From an uncultured Candidatus Saccharibacteria bacterium (GTDB lineage Bacteria > Patescibacteriota > Minisyncoccia > UBA6257): DNA of 64,000 nt. Location of the stretch: the NCBI GenBank assembly GCA_964618625.1, contig CAZUBI010000001.1:396901-460900 (forward strand), read 5' to 3'. Positions 28,456 to 39,220 of the stretch are shown in pieces. Numbering within the stretch: position 1 is the first letter of the stretch; every line of letters starts with the position of its first letter. Under the pieces are notes generated by a model. That model was not told where the DNA came from and searched no databases. It was given only the letters and a program-made list of their open reading frames with translations. The position numbers and the translations under genes are program-made.

Positions 28456-29211
28456 ATGAATTTATTTGAAAAGGGGCCAAACCCCAAACAACTTCCCAAA
28501 CAACTTAACGAAGAATCCTTGGAAAAAGTTGAAGAAAAAAAAGAAGGATTGGAAGATAAAGAAGATAAATTTGAAATAGAGCCTGCTCTTCAGGAAGAAG
28601 AAAGCATCCTTGGACGATTTAGGGGGAAAGCAAAAACAGCAGCTAGGGTAATGGTAGTGATTTCTCTTCTGTCTATTGGTTTAGGAATCGTTAAAGAAAC
28701 GCATGCACATGCACAGGAAGCGCAACCTCTTACTAAAAGCGAAGAAGTTGAGCAAGAGAAACAGGAGGAAGAGAAAGAGGAAGAGAAAATAGAAATAAAT
28801 GAAGCAAACCTTACCGCATCAAGTATGTGGTCTGGGAATATTATTGAATCTGCACGAAATGATATGGATAAAATTAAAACTGCTGAGGATGCTGAGTGGT
28901 TAGTGAGATCATATTTTAATCAATTTGTTTCCGAATATTACATGCCGACCAAAGGTAATTTGAAAGAAGGGCCATACGGAATTAAAATGAGAGATTATTC
29001 GGAAGATGACTCAAAATTCTTACTCCAGAACGCACAAGAAATGAAAGAATTACTACAAGAACTTAATGAGAAGTTCGGCATAGAGGCGTACGAAAAGCGC
29101 ATGGAACAAATTGATGATATGATTACGAAACTTGAAAGGCAGTCATCATATGTAGGACAGAAACAGAAAGAAGTGCTTGAGCGCCTGGAAAAAATGTTAC
29201 AACAACCATAA
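28456..29211 (+). CDS. Hypothetical acidic protein with one TM segment
   Basis: 251-aa ORF with a hydrophobic stretch at about aa 65-80. Confidence 0.7.
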   Translation: MNLFEKGPNPKQLPKQLNEESLEKVEEKKEGLEDKEDKFEIEPALQEEESILGRFRGKAKTAARVMVVISLLSIGLGIVKETHAHAQEAQPLTKSEEVEQEKQEEEKEEEKIEINEANLTASSMWSGNIIESARNDMDKIKTAEDAEWLVRSYFNQFVSEYYMPTKGNLKEGPYGIKMRDYSEDDSKFLLQNAQEMKELLQELNEKFGIEAYEKRMEQIDDMITKLERQSSYVGQKQKEVLERLEKMLQQP

Positions 29212-29224
29212 CTCATAAATTTTT

Positions 29225-29494
29225 ATGAACACAAATTTTCAAAAGATTAAAGAGCTGGTTTTGAAGTCTGACATTCCTCTTGTTGAACAAGAAGAGTTGA
29301 TGCTAGCCTTTTCTAGTGCTGGTGACGCCGATTTAGAACCAATATTCAAACTATTTTCCGAAGATCAATCATGGATTCGCAAGATCAATGATAATTATAA
29401 AGCAAAACATGCAGCTATGGTTACTGGAGATACAGAATTGTGGAAACGGATAGTTCAGGACGAAGAAACCCAACTTAAGAAACTGGAACAATAA
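29225..29494 (+). CDS. Hypothetical protein
   Basis: 89-aa ORF, operon-like spacing. Confidence 0.65.
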   Translation: MNTNFQKIKELVLKSDIPLVEQEELMLAFSSAGDADLEPIFKLFSEDQSWIRKINDNYKAKHAAMVTGDTELWKRIVQDEETQLKKLEQ

Positions 29495-29626
29495 GAATTT
29501 GCCGCCAAAGAAAAACTTGAAATTGTTAAAGAACGCGGCGAGCCCGTTTAATCATCAGAGAGCTTACCCTCGTCGCTGAAGGCAGCGAAAAATGTTCGAA
29601 CTATTTTCAATATACCGTACAAAACT

Positions 29627-30625
29627 ATGTTTTTTTCAGAATCTAATCAAACTATTAAAGCAGTAAAAACAGCTACTCCTTCAGTGGTAGCTGTTTTAAT
29701 GTCTAAAGAGTTGTCAAAAGTCAAAAAAGAGATAGGAGCAGATACGGCAAGATATTTAGTTGATGAAAAAGGCATGGTTAAAATTGGTGGATGTTCAGGT
29801 TTTTTTGTTTCTTCAGATGGTTATATTTTAACAAATCGCCATATAGTTGAAGATGAAGATGCTTCTTATACAATAGTTTGGCAAAATAAAACTTATTCAT
29901 GCCAGATTTTGGTTAGAGATAAAATAACTGATATTGCCGTTTTGAAAATTAATGGAGATAATTTTCCTTATCTAAAGTTTGCCAATTCTTCAGAATTAAA
30001 ATTAGGGCAGACTGTTATGGCTATTGGCAATGCCTTAGGTGAATTTCAAAATACTGTTTCCCGCGGGATTGTTTCAGGGCTTTCACGAGACATAAAGACA
30101 GAAATCGGAGAAGATATTCAAGAATTTTTTGGTTTGATTCAAACAGACGCAGCAATTAATCCTGGAAATTCTGGCGGGCCTCTAATCAATCTTTCGGGAA
30201 AAGTTATAGGTATTTGCACAGCAGTGGTTTTAGGTGTGGAAAATATTGGTTTTGCTATTCCTGTTAATCAAGCTAAAAGTATTTTGGAGGATGTAAAAAA
30301 ATATGGGAAGATATGCCGTCCCAGCTTAGGTGTAAGATATTTTTTGATTGATGAAGAGATGCAAAAACTTCATCATTTTTCTTTTGATTATGGCGCTTTT
30401 ATTATTTATGAGACAATTCCCGGGCGAGGTGGAATAGTTTCTGGAGGGGCAGCAGAAAAAGCCGGGTTAAAAGAGGGTGATATTATATTAGAAATTAATA
30501 ACGAAAAAATAACTAAACGATCTAATTTATCTCGAATATTAGCGCAATATAAAATTGGCGATGTAATTAAAATTATTTATTGGAACAAAGAAGGGAAAAA
30601 AGAGATTGAGATTAAGTTATTCTAA
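29627..30625 (+). CDS. htrA: HtrA/DegP-family serine protease with PDZ domain
   Basis: LTNRH, DIAVLK, QTDAAINPGNSGGPL, PDZ. Confidence 0.9.
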   Translation: MFFSESNQTIKAVKTATPSVVAVLMSKELSKVKKEIGADTARYLVDEKGMVKIGGCSGFFVSSDGYILTNRHIVEDEDASYTIVWQNKTYSCQILVRDKITDIAVLKINGDNFPYLKFANSSELKLGQTVMAIGNALGEFQNTVSRGIVSGLSRDIKTEIGEDIQEFFGLIQTDAAINPGNSGGPLINLSGKVIGICTAVVLGVENIGFAIPVNQAKSILEDVKKYGKICRPSLGVRYFLIDEEMQKLHHFSFDYGAFIIYETIPGRGGIVSGGAAEKAGLKEGDIILEINNEKITKRSNLSRILAQYKIGDVIKIIYWNKEGKKEIEIKLF

Positions 30626-32772
30626 GATAGGCGTGTCTTTTGAGTAAATTCTTGAAAATTGGCCAATAATAAAGGCCATTTTTTTAATGTTGGATCCTGT
30701 TGGAGGATTTCTTGTGCTTGTTTATGAACTTTTTCTATAAATTTTTTATCAAGGAGCGAGCTCATAACTAAATCAGGGATTCCAGATTGTTTAGTGCCTA
30801 AAAATTCCCCAGGCCCTCTTAAAGAAAGATCCATTTCTGCTAAGCGGAATCCGTCATTACATTTAACCAATATTCTCAGACGACTGGTAATAGAATGATT
30901 AGGCGATCCAGAAAAGAGAAAACAATAAGATTGATAATAAGATCTGCCTATTCTGCCTCTAAATTGATGCAATTGCGCTAAGCCAAAATGTTCTGCTCCT
31001 TCAATTATCATTAGGGATGCGTTTGGAATATCAACACCTACTTCTATTACAGAAGTGGATACCAAAAGGTTGATTGTCTTTTCTTGAAAATCTTTCATCA
31101 CAATTTCTTTTTCTTTTGGCTTCATTTTTCCATGTAGCATAGCAACCTTTAAGTCAGGGAAGATTTCTTCAGATAGTTTTTTATATTCTTTTTTAACTGC
31201 TTTTACTTCATAATTTAGTCGTTCTGATAAAGTGATTAAGTCTTTTGCCTTAATATCAGATGTTTCTGTTTCTTCAATTCTTGGGCAAATAACAAAAGCT
31301 TGCCTGCCTTTATTAATTTCTTCACGAATAAAATCATAAACTTTTTCTCTGCCTTTTGGAGTGATAACTTTGGTAATTATTTTTTTTCTTCCTTTTGGTA
31401 ATTCATCTAATATAGAAAGGTCTAAATCTCCATAAAAAGCCAGAGCCAAAGTACGGGGAATAGGCGTGGCTGTCATTGATAAAAGATGCGGCGTTTCATT
31501 TTTATTAGCGTTTTTAGCAATAAGTTTTTTTCTTTGCTCTATGCCAAAGCGATGTTGTTCATCAACAATAATTAATCCTAAGCGGCTAAAGCGGACATTT
31601 TTTTGAATAAGAGCATGAGTTCCGATTACAAGGATAGGATTTGAGGAAGCAATGATTTTATTTAATGATTGTTTAGAAATTTTACCTTCTAATTCATCGT
31701 TATAAATTTTTGTTGTTGAAGATGTTAAGAGGGCGATTTTTACTTGAAATGGTTTAAGAATCTTTTTAAATTCATTAAAATGTTGTTTGGCCAATATTTC
31801 TGTTGGGGCCATTATAGCCACTTGATATCCTGATTTTATTGTTAATAAACTTGCGGCAACAGCGACTATAGTTTTTCCAGAGCCTACTTCTCCTTCTAAA
31901 AGCCGATTCATGGGTCTTTGATGAAGATTTTTAGCGATTTCCCATATTGTTTTCCTTTGACATTCAGTAAAAGGAAATGATAAAGAACCTGTAAATGATT
32001 GAAGAAGAGGAATGTCAAGATTAATTTTTGGGGTTTTTAAAAGGGCGTTTTTCCTTTTTATTTTTAAAAGATAAAGCTGGGAAAGCAATAATGATTCAAA
32101 AACAAATCTTCTTTTCGCTTTTTTTGCCAGAAGCAAAGATGATGGAAAATGAATTTGATTAAGTGATTCTTGGAGTCCAATCAGTTGATGTTTTTTAAGT
32201 ATAAAATCAGGAAGCGTATCCTCCATATTTTGGGCCAATTCCAGAAGTGGTTTAATAAAATGACGTAACATTTTAGAACTTAAGCCTTTTGTTTCTGAAT
32301 ATATAGGGATTAAGCGACCAGTATGCACGGCTTCTTGATAAAATTCTTTTTCCAGTTTTTGCTTTGAAATGATTTCATAAGATGGACTGGAAAGGATTAA
32401 TTTTTTCCCTTTTCTTTTTACTTTTCCTGATAGAGAAAGAGTTGCGCCCAAGGGTATATTTTTTAATAAATAAATTTGATTAAACCAAATTGCGGTAATC
32501 TCACCAGTGCTATCTTCAATTACAGCCTCAATAATAATCATTTTTTTTCTGAAAGTCCGTCTTACATTGATTCTTTTAACAGTTCCTATCATTGAGCACT
32601 TTTCTTCTGGTTCTAACTCATTTATCTTTTTAATTTTGGAGAAATCTTCGTAACGAAAAGGAAAATACCAAAGTAAATCTTTTATTGTTTTTATTCCTAA
32701 TTTTTCCAAGTACTTTAAATAACGCGGACCAATACCGTGTAGTTCTGATACAAAGTTAGAGAGTTTAATCAT
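30622..32772 (-). CDS. recG: ATP-dependent DNA helicase RecG
   Basis: GEVGSGKT, DEQHRFG, MTATPIPRTL, QLHQFRGRIGR; start set to ATG 32772. Confidence 0.96.
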   Translation of the reverse strand: MIKLSNFVSELHGIGPRYLKYLEKLGIKTIKDLLWYFPFRYEDFSKIKKINELEPEEKCSMIGTVKRINVRRTFRKKMIIIEAVIEDSTGEITAIWFNQIYLLKNIPLGATLSLSGKVKRKGKKLILSSPSYEIISKQKLEKEFYQEAVHTGRLIPIYSETKGLSSKMLRHFIKPLLELAQNMEDTLPDFILKKHQLIGLQESLNQIHFPSSLLLAKKAKRRFVFESLLLSQLYLLKIKRKNALLKTPKINLDIPLLQSFTGSLSFPFTECQRKTIWEIAKNLHQRPMNRLLEGEVGSGKTIVAVAASLLTIKSGYQVAIMAPTEILAKQHFNEFKKILKPFQVKIALLTSSTTKIYNDELEGKISKQSLNKIIASSNPILVIGTHALIQKNVRFSRLGLIIVDEQHRFGIEQRKKLIAKNANKNETPHLLSMTATPIPRTLALAFYGDLDLSILDELPKGRKKIITKVITPKGREKVYDFIREEINKGRQAFVICPRIEETETSDIKAKDLITLSERLNYEVKAVKKEYKKLSEEIFPDLKVAMLHGKMKPKEKEIVMKDFQEKTINLLVSTSVIEVGVDIPNASLMIIEGAEHFGLAQLHQFRGRIGRSYYQSYCFLFSGSPNHSITSRLRILVKCNDGFRLAEMDLSLRGPGEFLGTKQSGIPDLVMSSLLDKKFIEKVHKQAQEILQQDPTLKKWPLLLANFQEFTQKTRLS

Positions 32773-32774
32773 AG

Positions 32775-32846
32775 TGCCCCCGGGAAGAATCGAACTTCCA
32801 TCACAGGCTCCGCAAGCCCGCATTCTATCCGTTGAACTACGGGGGC
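32775..32846 (-). tRNA. tRNA-Arg(GCG)
   Basis: CGGGC-TTGCGGA-GCCTG anticodon arm. Confidence 0.93.
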
Positions 32847-32925
32847 TTGATTTTAAATTATCACAAAATATTCATATTTTCAAGACATTTTTTAATATTT
32901 TTCTTTTGTGATATGATAAATCCAA

Positions 32926-33648
32926 ATGGAACATTACTCAACTTTAGCTTTTGTTTTAAAGCAAGAATCAATTAAAGAGCATGATCGCCGCTATATCTTT
33001 TTTACCCAAGAATTTGGAAAATTAAGTTTATTAGCTCCAGGGGCAAGAAAAATTAATGCTAAACTTGCAGGACATTTGGAAGCACCAACGTTAGTGCAAA
33101 TTCAATTTACAATGGTCCATAATCCGCGCTTGATTACTGCATTGGAAGAAATTCCTTATTTGGGGATAAAGAAAAAAAAGAAAGCTCTTACTATAGCTTT
33201 TTGGATTACAGATTTAGTTAACGGGTTAGTTATAGAGAAACAATCTGATGCTGATATTTGGAAACTACTTCTTGATACCTTTTATTTTTTAGAAAAGAAT
33301 TTAAATAAATTTCCTGAAATAGCTGATTTTACATGGATATATTTTAATGCTCAATTTTTGAAAATTCTTGGTTTTTTACCATTTTTAGATAGATGTATCG
33401 AATGTGGTAGTAAAACTAATAATAAATTTTTTAGTTTTGAGAGAAAAGGAACTATTTGTCAGTTACACCATGACAAAAATGACAGGCCTATTAGCGGCCA
33501 ACAAAGAAAATTTCTAAATTTTTTATTTAATTCCACTTTTCGAGATTTCTCACAAGTCATTCTTGTTAGAGAGATTCTCAAAGAAAAGGAATATCTTCAG
33601 CAGTTTCTTAATAAATTTACTTTAATCATAAAATCAGATATAATATAG
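32926..33648 (+). CDS. recO: DNA repair protein RecO
   Basis: EHDR..FFTQEFGKL..APGARK; C-terminal CxxC zinc site. Confidence 0.88.
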   Translation: MEHYSTLAFVLKQESIKEHDRRYIFFTQEFGKLSLLAPGARKINAKLAGHLEAPTLVQIQFTMVHNPRLITALEEIPYLGIKKKKKALTIAFWITDLVNGLVIEKQSDADIWKLLLDTFYFLEKNLNKFPEIADFTWIYFNAQFLKILGFLPFLDRCIECGSKTNNKFFSFERKGTICQLHHDKNDRPISGQQRKFLNFLFNSTFRDFSQVILVREILKEKEYLQQFLNKFTLIIKSDII

Positions 33649-33722
33649 TAATATTGCTAACGTAATACAGTAGTATTGTCGATATAACATAAAGTAATTA
33701 TTATAAATTAGAAACAAATATT

Positions 33723-35462
33723 ATGAAAATCAAAGATTTTTTAAAAACTTTTTGGGGTGGAGCATTGGTCACAATTTTTATCTTAGCTGCAAGTTATTTT
33801 GTTTGGAGTTTTGTAAAAAGTGGAGGAATAACTTTTGCTTTTTCAGGGCCAGATGAAGCAAAGTCAGGCGAGATAAAAGAATTTCATTTTGTTTTAAATA
33901 ATAATTCTAGAGTAAGCCTCCAAGAAGTAGAAGCGGAGATTAATCTTCCAGAGGGGGTGATAGCTGTTGACAATCCAGACCAGCAAACTATCTCATATAG
34001 TTTAGGCGAAATGGCTCCTCGTGGCTCAGAAGATAAAATAATAAAATTATTAATTACTGGTGAACCCAAGACAGTTAAAAATATTGAGGCTATACTTCGC
34101 TATCGCCCCAAAACGCTTAGTTCTGTTTTCGAAAAAAAGGAAATAAAAACTGTTTTAATCTCCGGCTCTTCTTTTCGGCTGGAGTTAGTAACCCTTAATC
34201 AGGTTTTTTCTGAACAGATTTTTCCCTTAGAAATAAATTGGGAAAATCTTTCCAGCTATACATTTGATAATGTTGAAATTAGGGCAGAATGGCCATCGGG
34301 ATTTGTTTTTCAGGAATCTAATCCCGAGATTTTTTCTGAGAGCTCAGAATATAACAGATGGACATTAGGAGAATTGAGTTCAGCCAGCCATGGAAAAATA
34401 ATAGTAAAAGGATTTACTACTGGTCAACCAGGCGAGACAAAAAGGATAATTTTGCATTTAGGCATGGTTAAAGATAATGTTTTTCTTCCTTTGGCTAAAA
34501 CCGAAGGCTATACAACTTTAATAAGAAATCCTTTATTAATTTCATCTTTAGTTAACAGTGAAATAATTCATAATGCCGATTTGGGCAAAACATTAAATTT
34601 TGTTATTAATTACCAGAATAATTATTCTGCTACTTTAAGAAATTTGGTAGTAAAGGTAGTTTTTAGCGGGGATGTTTTTGACTTCTCTACTTTAAGAGCG
34701 CCTAATGGTGCGTTTTCTTCGCGTTTAAAAATTTTAACTTGGGAAGGAACAAAAGTACCCCAGCTTTACGCGCTTAATCCTGGCGAGCGTGGAAATCTTC
34801 CGTTTTCCATAAAGCTTAAAAAGGATTGGCCAATGAGAAGCCAAGCTCAAAAAAATATAGTTTTGGAAACACATATTACTATTGAGAGCTCTAATATTCC
34901 GGAGCAGTTAGAAGTTTCTGAGTTACCGCGCGCAGCTGCTTTAAATACGATTAAACTTAATTCAAATAGTAAAGTGACAATTGGCAGTTATTTTCGTGAT
35001 GCTTCTGCAGGAATTGCTAACACAGGAAGCCTTCCCTTGAAAGCAGGTGAGTCAACTGATTTTACTATTCATTGGAAGATTATTAATAATTTCAACTCTC
35101 TAAAAGATATAACCATAAGAACCACATTGCCTCTTTGGGTGGAATTTACTGGTCAAATTGCAGGGGATTATGGGCAAAATCCGCCATATTATGATTCTGC
35201 AATAAGGGAAGTTTCGTGGGCTATTCCTTCTGTTCCTGCCGGCTCAGGAGTTTTAACCAAAGCATCAGAAGCTATCTTTCAGATTAAAGTTACTCCTTCA
35301 TCGTCCCAAGTAAATCAGGAGATTGATTTACTTGCTAATACAATTTTTACAGCCACAGATGCGTTCACAGGAAAAAATATTTCACTTAGTTATCCTGTTG
35401 TTAAATCTACGCAATTAACTGATAAGACTGTTTTTGCTGGAGATGGAATAGTAAGACCTTAG
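33723..35462 (+). CDS. Membrane-anchored protein with repeated beta-sandwich (DUF11-like) domains
   Basis: N-terminal TM helix; repeated N..L..V.....LP/W..G.L patterns. Confidence 0.65.
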   Translation: MKIKDFLKTFWGGALVTIFILAASYFVWSFVKSGGITFAFSGPDEAKSGEIKEFHFVLNNNSRVSLQEVEAEINLPEGVIAVDNPDQQTISYSLGEMAPRGSEDKIIKLLITGEPKTVKNIEAILRYRPKTLSSVFEKKEIKTVLISGSSFRLELVTLNQVFSEQIFPLEINWENLSSYTFDNVEIRAEWPSGFVFQESNPEIFSESSEYNRWTLGELSSASHGKIIVKGFTTGQPGETKRIILHLGMVKDNVFLPLAKTEGYTTLIRNPLLISSLVNSEIIHNADLGKTLNFVINYQNNYSATLRNLVVKVVFSGDVFDFSTLRAPNGAFSSRLKILTWEGTKVPQLYALNPGERGNLPFSIKLKKDWPMRSQAQKNIVLETHITIESSNIPEQLEVSELPRAAALNTIKLNSNSKVTIGSYFRDASAGIANTGSLPLKAGESTDFTIHWKIINNFNSLKDITIRTTLPLWVEFTGQIAGDYGQNPPYYDSAIREVSWAIPSVPAGSGVLTKASEAIFQIKVTPSSSQVNQEIDLLANTIFTATDAFTGKNISLSYPVVKSTQLTDKTVFAGDGIVRP

Positions 35463-35496
35463 TAAATAATTTTTAATTTTGAATTTTTAATTTGTT

Positions 35497-36864
35497 ATGG
35501 CAAATGATTTAATGGAAAAAATTATATCTTTGTGCAAAAGGCGTGGTTTTGTTTATCCTTCTTCTGAGATTTATGGAGGATTTGCTAATATTTATGATTT
35601 TGGGCCATTAGGTTCGCTTTTAGCTAAAAATATTCGGGACGTCTGGATTAAAAAAATGGTCCAGGAACGAGATGATATGTATCTAATTGATGGCTCGATT
35701 TTAATGCACCCAAAGGCATGGGAAGCCAGCGGGCATACTGCTGCTTTTACTGATCCTTTAATACAATGCTCATCATGTAAAAAAAGATTTCGGGCAGATC
35801 AATTAGAAGGCTGGAAATTGGAAAAAGATAATCAAACAGGGAAATGGAATGTTTTAAAACAAGGAAGTTTAATTTGCCCAGATTGTAACGGGGATTTAAT
35901 CCCTGAAGTTAAAGAATTTAATCTTTTAATGACAACAACTGTAGGTTCAATTGAAGGGGAAAAGACAAAGGCATATCTTAAAGGTGAATCATGTCAAAAT
36001 ATTTATCTTGATTTTTTACCAATAAGGGATACGATGGGAGTAAAAATACCATTTGGTGTTGCGCAAATTGGCAAAGCTTTTCGTAATGAGATTACATTAG
36101 GCAAATTTCTGTTTAAGGTGAGAGAATTTGAGCAAATGGATATTGAATATTTTTGCTCACCAGAAGAGGCAAAGAAATTATATGAAGAATGGAAAAACAT
36201 TAGATTTAACTGGTATATTGATACAATCGGCTTAAGTAAGGATATGCTTCGTTGGAGGCAGCATTCTTCTGAAGAAAGAATTTTTTATGCCAGAGATGCA
36301 TGGGATATTGAGTACAAATTTTTCGATGAGTTTGAGGAATTGGAAGGAATTCATGATCGTTCTGATTATGATTTAAAACAACAAGGGAAGTTTTCTGGAA
36401 AAACACTTGATTATTTTGATCCAGTAAGCAAAACGAGATTTATTCCTAATATTATTGAATGCTCTGGTGGCCTTCAAAGGACATTTTTGGCTATTTTAGC
36501 AGAGAGTTATCAAGAAGAAAAAGTAAATAATGAAAAAAGAGTGTTTTTGAAAATTAAACCAATCCTTTCCCCATACAAAGTAGCGGTTTTCCCTTTAGTT
36601 GCAAATAAAGATAATTTAACTGAAAAAGCTAAAGATGTTTTTAATCTTTTAAAACCGGAATTTATGACAATGTGGGATAACATTGGCAATATAGGAAAAA
36701 GATATCGACGCCAAGATGAGATTGGTACACCGTGGTGCATAACAATTGATTATCAAACTTTAGAAGATAACACTGTTACCCTTCGCTGGAGGGATACAAT
36801 GAAGCAACAAAGAATTAAAATTGAAGAGATTATTGGATGGATAAAAAAACATTTAAATGTATAA
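35497..36864 (+). CDS. glyQS: Glycine--tRNA ligase (alpha2 type)
   Basis: LCKRRGF, SEIYGG, GKAFRNEI, IGKRYRRQDEIGTP. Confidence 0.96.
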   Translation: MANDLMEKIISLCKRRGFVYPSSEIYGGFANIYDFGPLGSLLAKNIRDVWIKKMVQERDDMYLIDGSILMHPKAWEASGHTAAFTDPLIQCSSCKKRFRADQLEGWKLEKDNQTGKWNVLKQGSLICPDCNGDLIPEVKEFNLLMTTTVGSIEGEKTKAYLKGESCQNIYLDFLPIRDTMGVKIPFGVAQIGKAFRNEITLGKFLFKVREFEQMDIEYFCSPEEAKKLYEEWKNIRFNWYIDTIGLSKDMLRWRQHSSEERIFYARDAWDIEYKFFDEFEELEGIHDRSDYDLKQQGKFSGKTLDYFDPVSKTRFIPNIIECSGGLQRTFLAILAESYQEEKVNNEKRVFLKIKPILSPYKVAVFPLVANKDNLTEKAKDVFNLLKPEFMTMWDNIGNIGKRYRRQDEIGTPWCITIDYQTLEDNTVTLRWRDTMKQQRIKIEEIIGWIKKHLNV

Positions 36865-38128
36865 ATTCAAGCTGACAAAATTAAGTAATGGATTGAGAGT
36901 TCTTATGGTTCCTTCAAAAGAATCACTTTCAACTAGAATAATGGTCTTAGTTAATACAGGCGCTGATTTTGAAACAAAAGAAAATAACGGGATCTCTCAT
37001 TTTTTGGAGCATATGTGTTTTAAGGGGACAAAAAAGCGTCCTTCTAGTCTTGCAATTAGTCAAGAATTAGATGCTGTTGGCGGTTCCTTTAATGCTTTTA
37101 CCGGCGCAGAACATACAGGTTATTATGCAAAAGTAGCTCATCAGAACAAAGAATTGGCTTTGGATATTGTTTCTGATATTTACTTAAATTCACAATTTCC
37201 TGAAAAAGAAATGAAAAAAGAGAAAGGAGTAATAATTGAAGAAATCAATATGTACAAAGATAATCTCCAGGCTTATATTTGGGATCTTTGGGAAAAATTA
37301 TTGTATGGTGATCAAGCGGTTGGGCGTTCTATTTTAGGGACAAAAACAAATATTAAAAATTTTAAAAGAGAAGATTTTCTAGAATATTATAAGTCCCAGT
37401 ATAAAGTTAGGTCTACTTTAGTAGTAGTGAGTGGGAATTTTAATGAGAGGGAGATTATTAGTAAGGTAAAAGATCGTTTTTGCGATATTAAATTAGGCAA
37501 AGGAAAGGCCAAGGAATTAGTAAAAGAAAAGCAAAATAAACCGCAAGTGTTTATAAAAAACAAAAAAACAGATCAAACTCATTTAATTTTAGGATTTAGG
37601 GGTATAAGTTTATTTGATAAAAGACTTTATGCCTTAAAAGTGCTTGATGTTATTTTTGATGGTGGTATGTCTGGTATTCTTTTTCAGACAATTCGAGAAA
37701 AATTAGGCGTAGCTTATTATATATACAGTACTATTTCTTGTTCTACTGATTATGGCTTTTGGGCAGTGGCAGCAGGAATAGATAATAATCGTTTAGAAGA
37801 AGTGATTAGCTCAGTTTTAGAAGAATGGAAAAAGTTTAAAACAAAACCGGTTGATATTAAAGATATTAAAAAAGCTAAAAGTTTTATTACTGGTAAACTT
37901 GCTTTAAGATTGGAAAATGTTCATAATGTAGCCAGAAGCTTTGCTTTTCAAGAATTATTAAAGAGAAAAATAGAAACCCCAGGTCAATATTTAAAAAAGA
38001 TTAAACAAGTTACTGCACGCGATATCCAAAAAGTGGCAGAAGACTTATTAAAACCTCAGTCTCTGAATTTAGCTTTGATAGGTCCTTATAAAAATAAACA
38101 AAAATTACAAAAGTTACTTTATGTTTAA
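36857..38128 (+). CDS. M16 family zinc peptidase
   Basis: HFLEHMCFKGT. Confidence 0.92.
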   Translation: MYKFKLTKLSNGLRVLMVPSKESLSTRIMVLVNTGADFETKENNGISHFLEHMCFKGTKKRPSSLAISQELDAVGGSFNAFTGAEHTGYYAKVAHQNKELALDIVSDIYLNSQFPEKEMKKEKGVIIEEINMYKDNLQAYIWDLWEKLLYGDQAVGRSILGTKTNIKNFKREDFLEYYKSQYKVRSTLVVVSGNFNEREIISKVKDRFCDIKLGKGKAKELVKEKQNKPQVFIKNKKTDQTHLILGFRGISLFDKRLYALKVLDVIFDGGMSGILFQTIREKLGVAYYIYSTISCSTDYGFWAVAAGIDNNRLEEVISSVLEEWKKFKTKPVDIKDIKKAKSFITGKLALRLENVHNVARSFAFQELLKRKIETPGQYLKKIKQVTARDIQKVAEDLLKPQSLNLALIGPYKNKQKLQKLLYV

Positions 38129-39173
38129 AACAACCCAAAATATAGATATTTCCTGGCAAAGCATTCTACGGCTCTATATCATTTTATTGGCTTTTATCGC
38201 AGCTTGGTATTTTCGGCAGGTTATTTTTATTATTTTACTTGGTTTTATTGTAGCTTCGCTTCTGGATAGGCCAATAGATTATTTTGAAGAAAAATGGAAA
38301 AGTCGCTGGTTAGCAACTTTTATCATTTATTTTATCTTTTTAAGTGTTTTAGGGTTGATTGCTTATTTATTTATCCCAGTTTTTAATAATTATATAGTTG
38401 GGTTTTTAGATTTTTTTCCGTCATGGATGAATAAAGGAGCTTTTCTTCAATTATGGCAAGGATGGCAATCTGTAGAATTTCCAATGCAAAATTGGCTAAG
38501 TTTGTTAGGTATTTCCCAAGGCCAATTGTCAGAATTTTTGCTTCAGTCTGGTAATTTACTTACTAAAATTTTAGGAGGAGCTTTTTCCGCTTTTTTTGTT
38601 CTTCTTTTATCCTTCTTTATTAATACAGAAAAAAAGGGAATTGAAAAAGCAATTCGTTTGATTTTTCCAAGCGCTTATGAAGATTATGCGGTTCATCTTT
38701 GGGAAAAAACACGTCGTAAAGTTGGAACTTGGTTTTTTAGCCAGTTAATTCTTAGTTGTATAGTTGGAGGATTGGTTTTTATTAGCTTAAAGATTTTAGG
38801 AATTCCTCAGGCTGAATTTTTAGCGATATTGGCGGCTTTATTTGATTTTATTCCTTATATCGGTCCTTTAATTATTGGTTTTATAGTATTCTTAGTTGGA
38901 ATAAGCCAAAGTTTATTCCTTGGAACTTCAATAGTAATTGTTTTTATTATTATTCAGGCCATTGAAGGCTTTATTGGCCCTCTATTGCGGGCTAAAACAA
39001 TGAAATTAAATCCTTTAGTAATTATTCTGGCTGTTTTAATAGGAGGAAAATTAGCTGGAGTTGCTGGAATTATTATTGCTTTGCCATTAGCAGCAGCCGC
39101 AATTGGATTGATTAGGGATATTCAGACAGGCCGTATTGCCGCTTATTTGCCGCAGAAAAAACTTTTGCAATGA
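38121..39173 (+). CDS. AI-2E family transporter
   Basis: Multi-TM; FIPYIGP and LNP..IILAVLIGG motifs. Confidence 0.88.
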   Translation: MFKTTQNIDISWQSILRLYIILLAFIAAWYFRQVIFIILLGFIVASLLDRPIDYFEEKWKSRWLATFIIYFIFLSVLGLIAYLFIPVFNNYIVGFLDFFPSWMNKGAFLQLWQGWQSVEFPMQNWLSLLGISQGQLSEFLLQSGNLLTKILGGAFSAFFVLLLSFFINTEKKGIEKAIRLIFPSAYEDYAVHLWEKTRRKVGTWFFSQLILSCIVGGLVFISLKILGIPQAEFLAILAALFDFIPYIGPLIIGFIVFLVGISQSLFLGTSIVIVFIIIQAIEGFIGPLLRAKTMKLNPLVIILAVLIGGKLAGVAGIIIALPLAAAAIGLIRDIQTGRIAAYLPQKKLLQ

Positions 39174-39220
39174 TTTATTAAGTTTCGTTAAGATTTTTAT
39201 TAGACAAATTATAAAGAATT

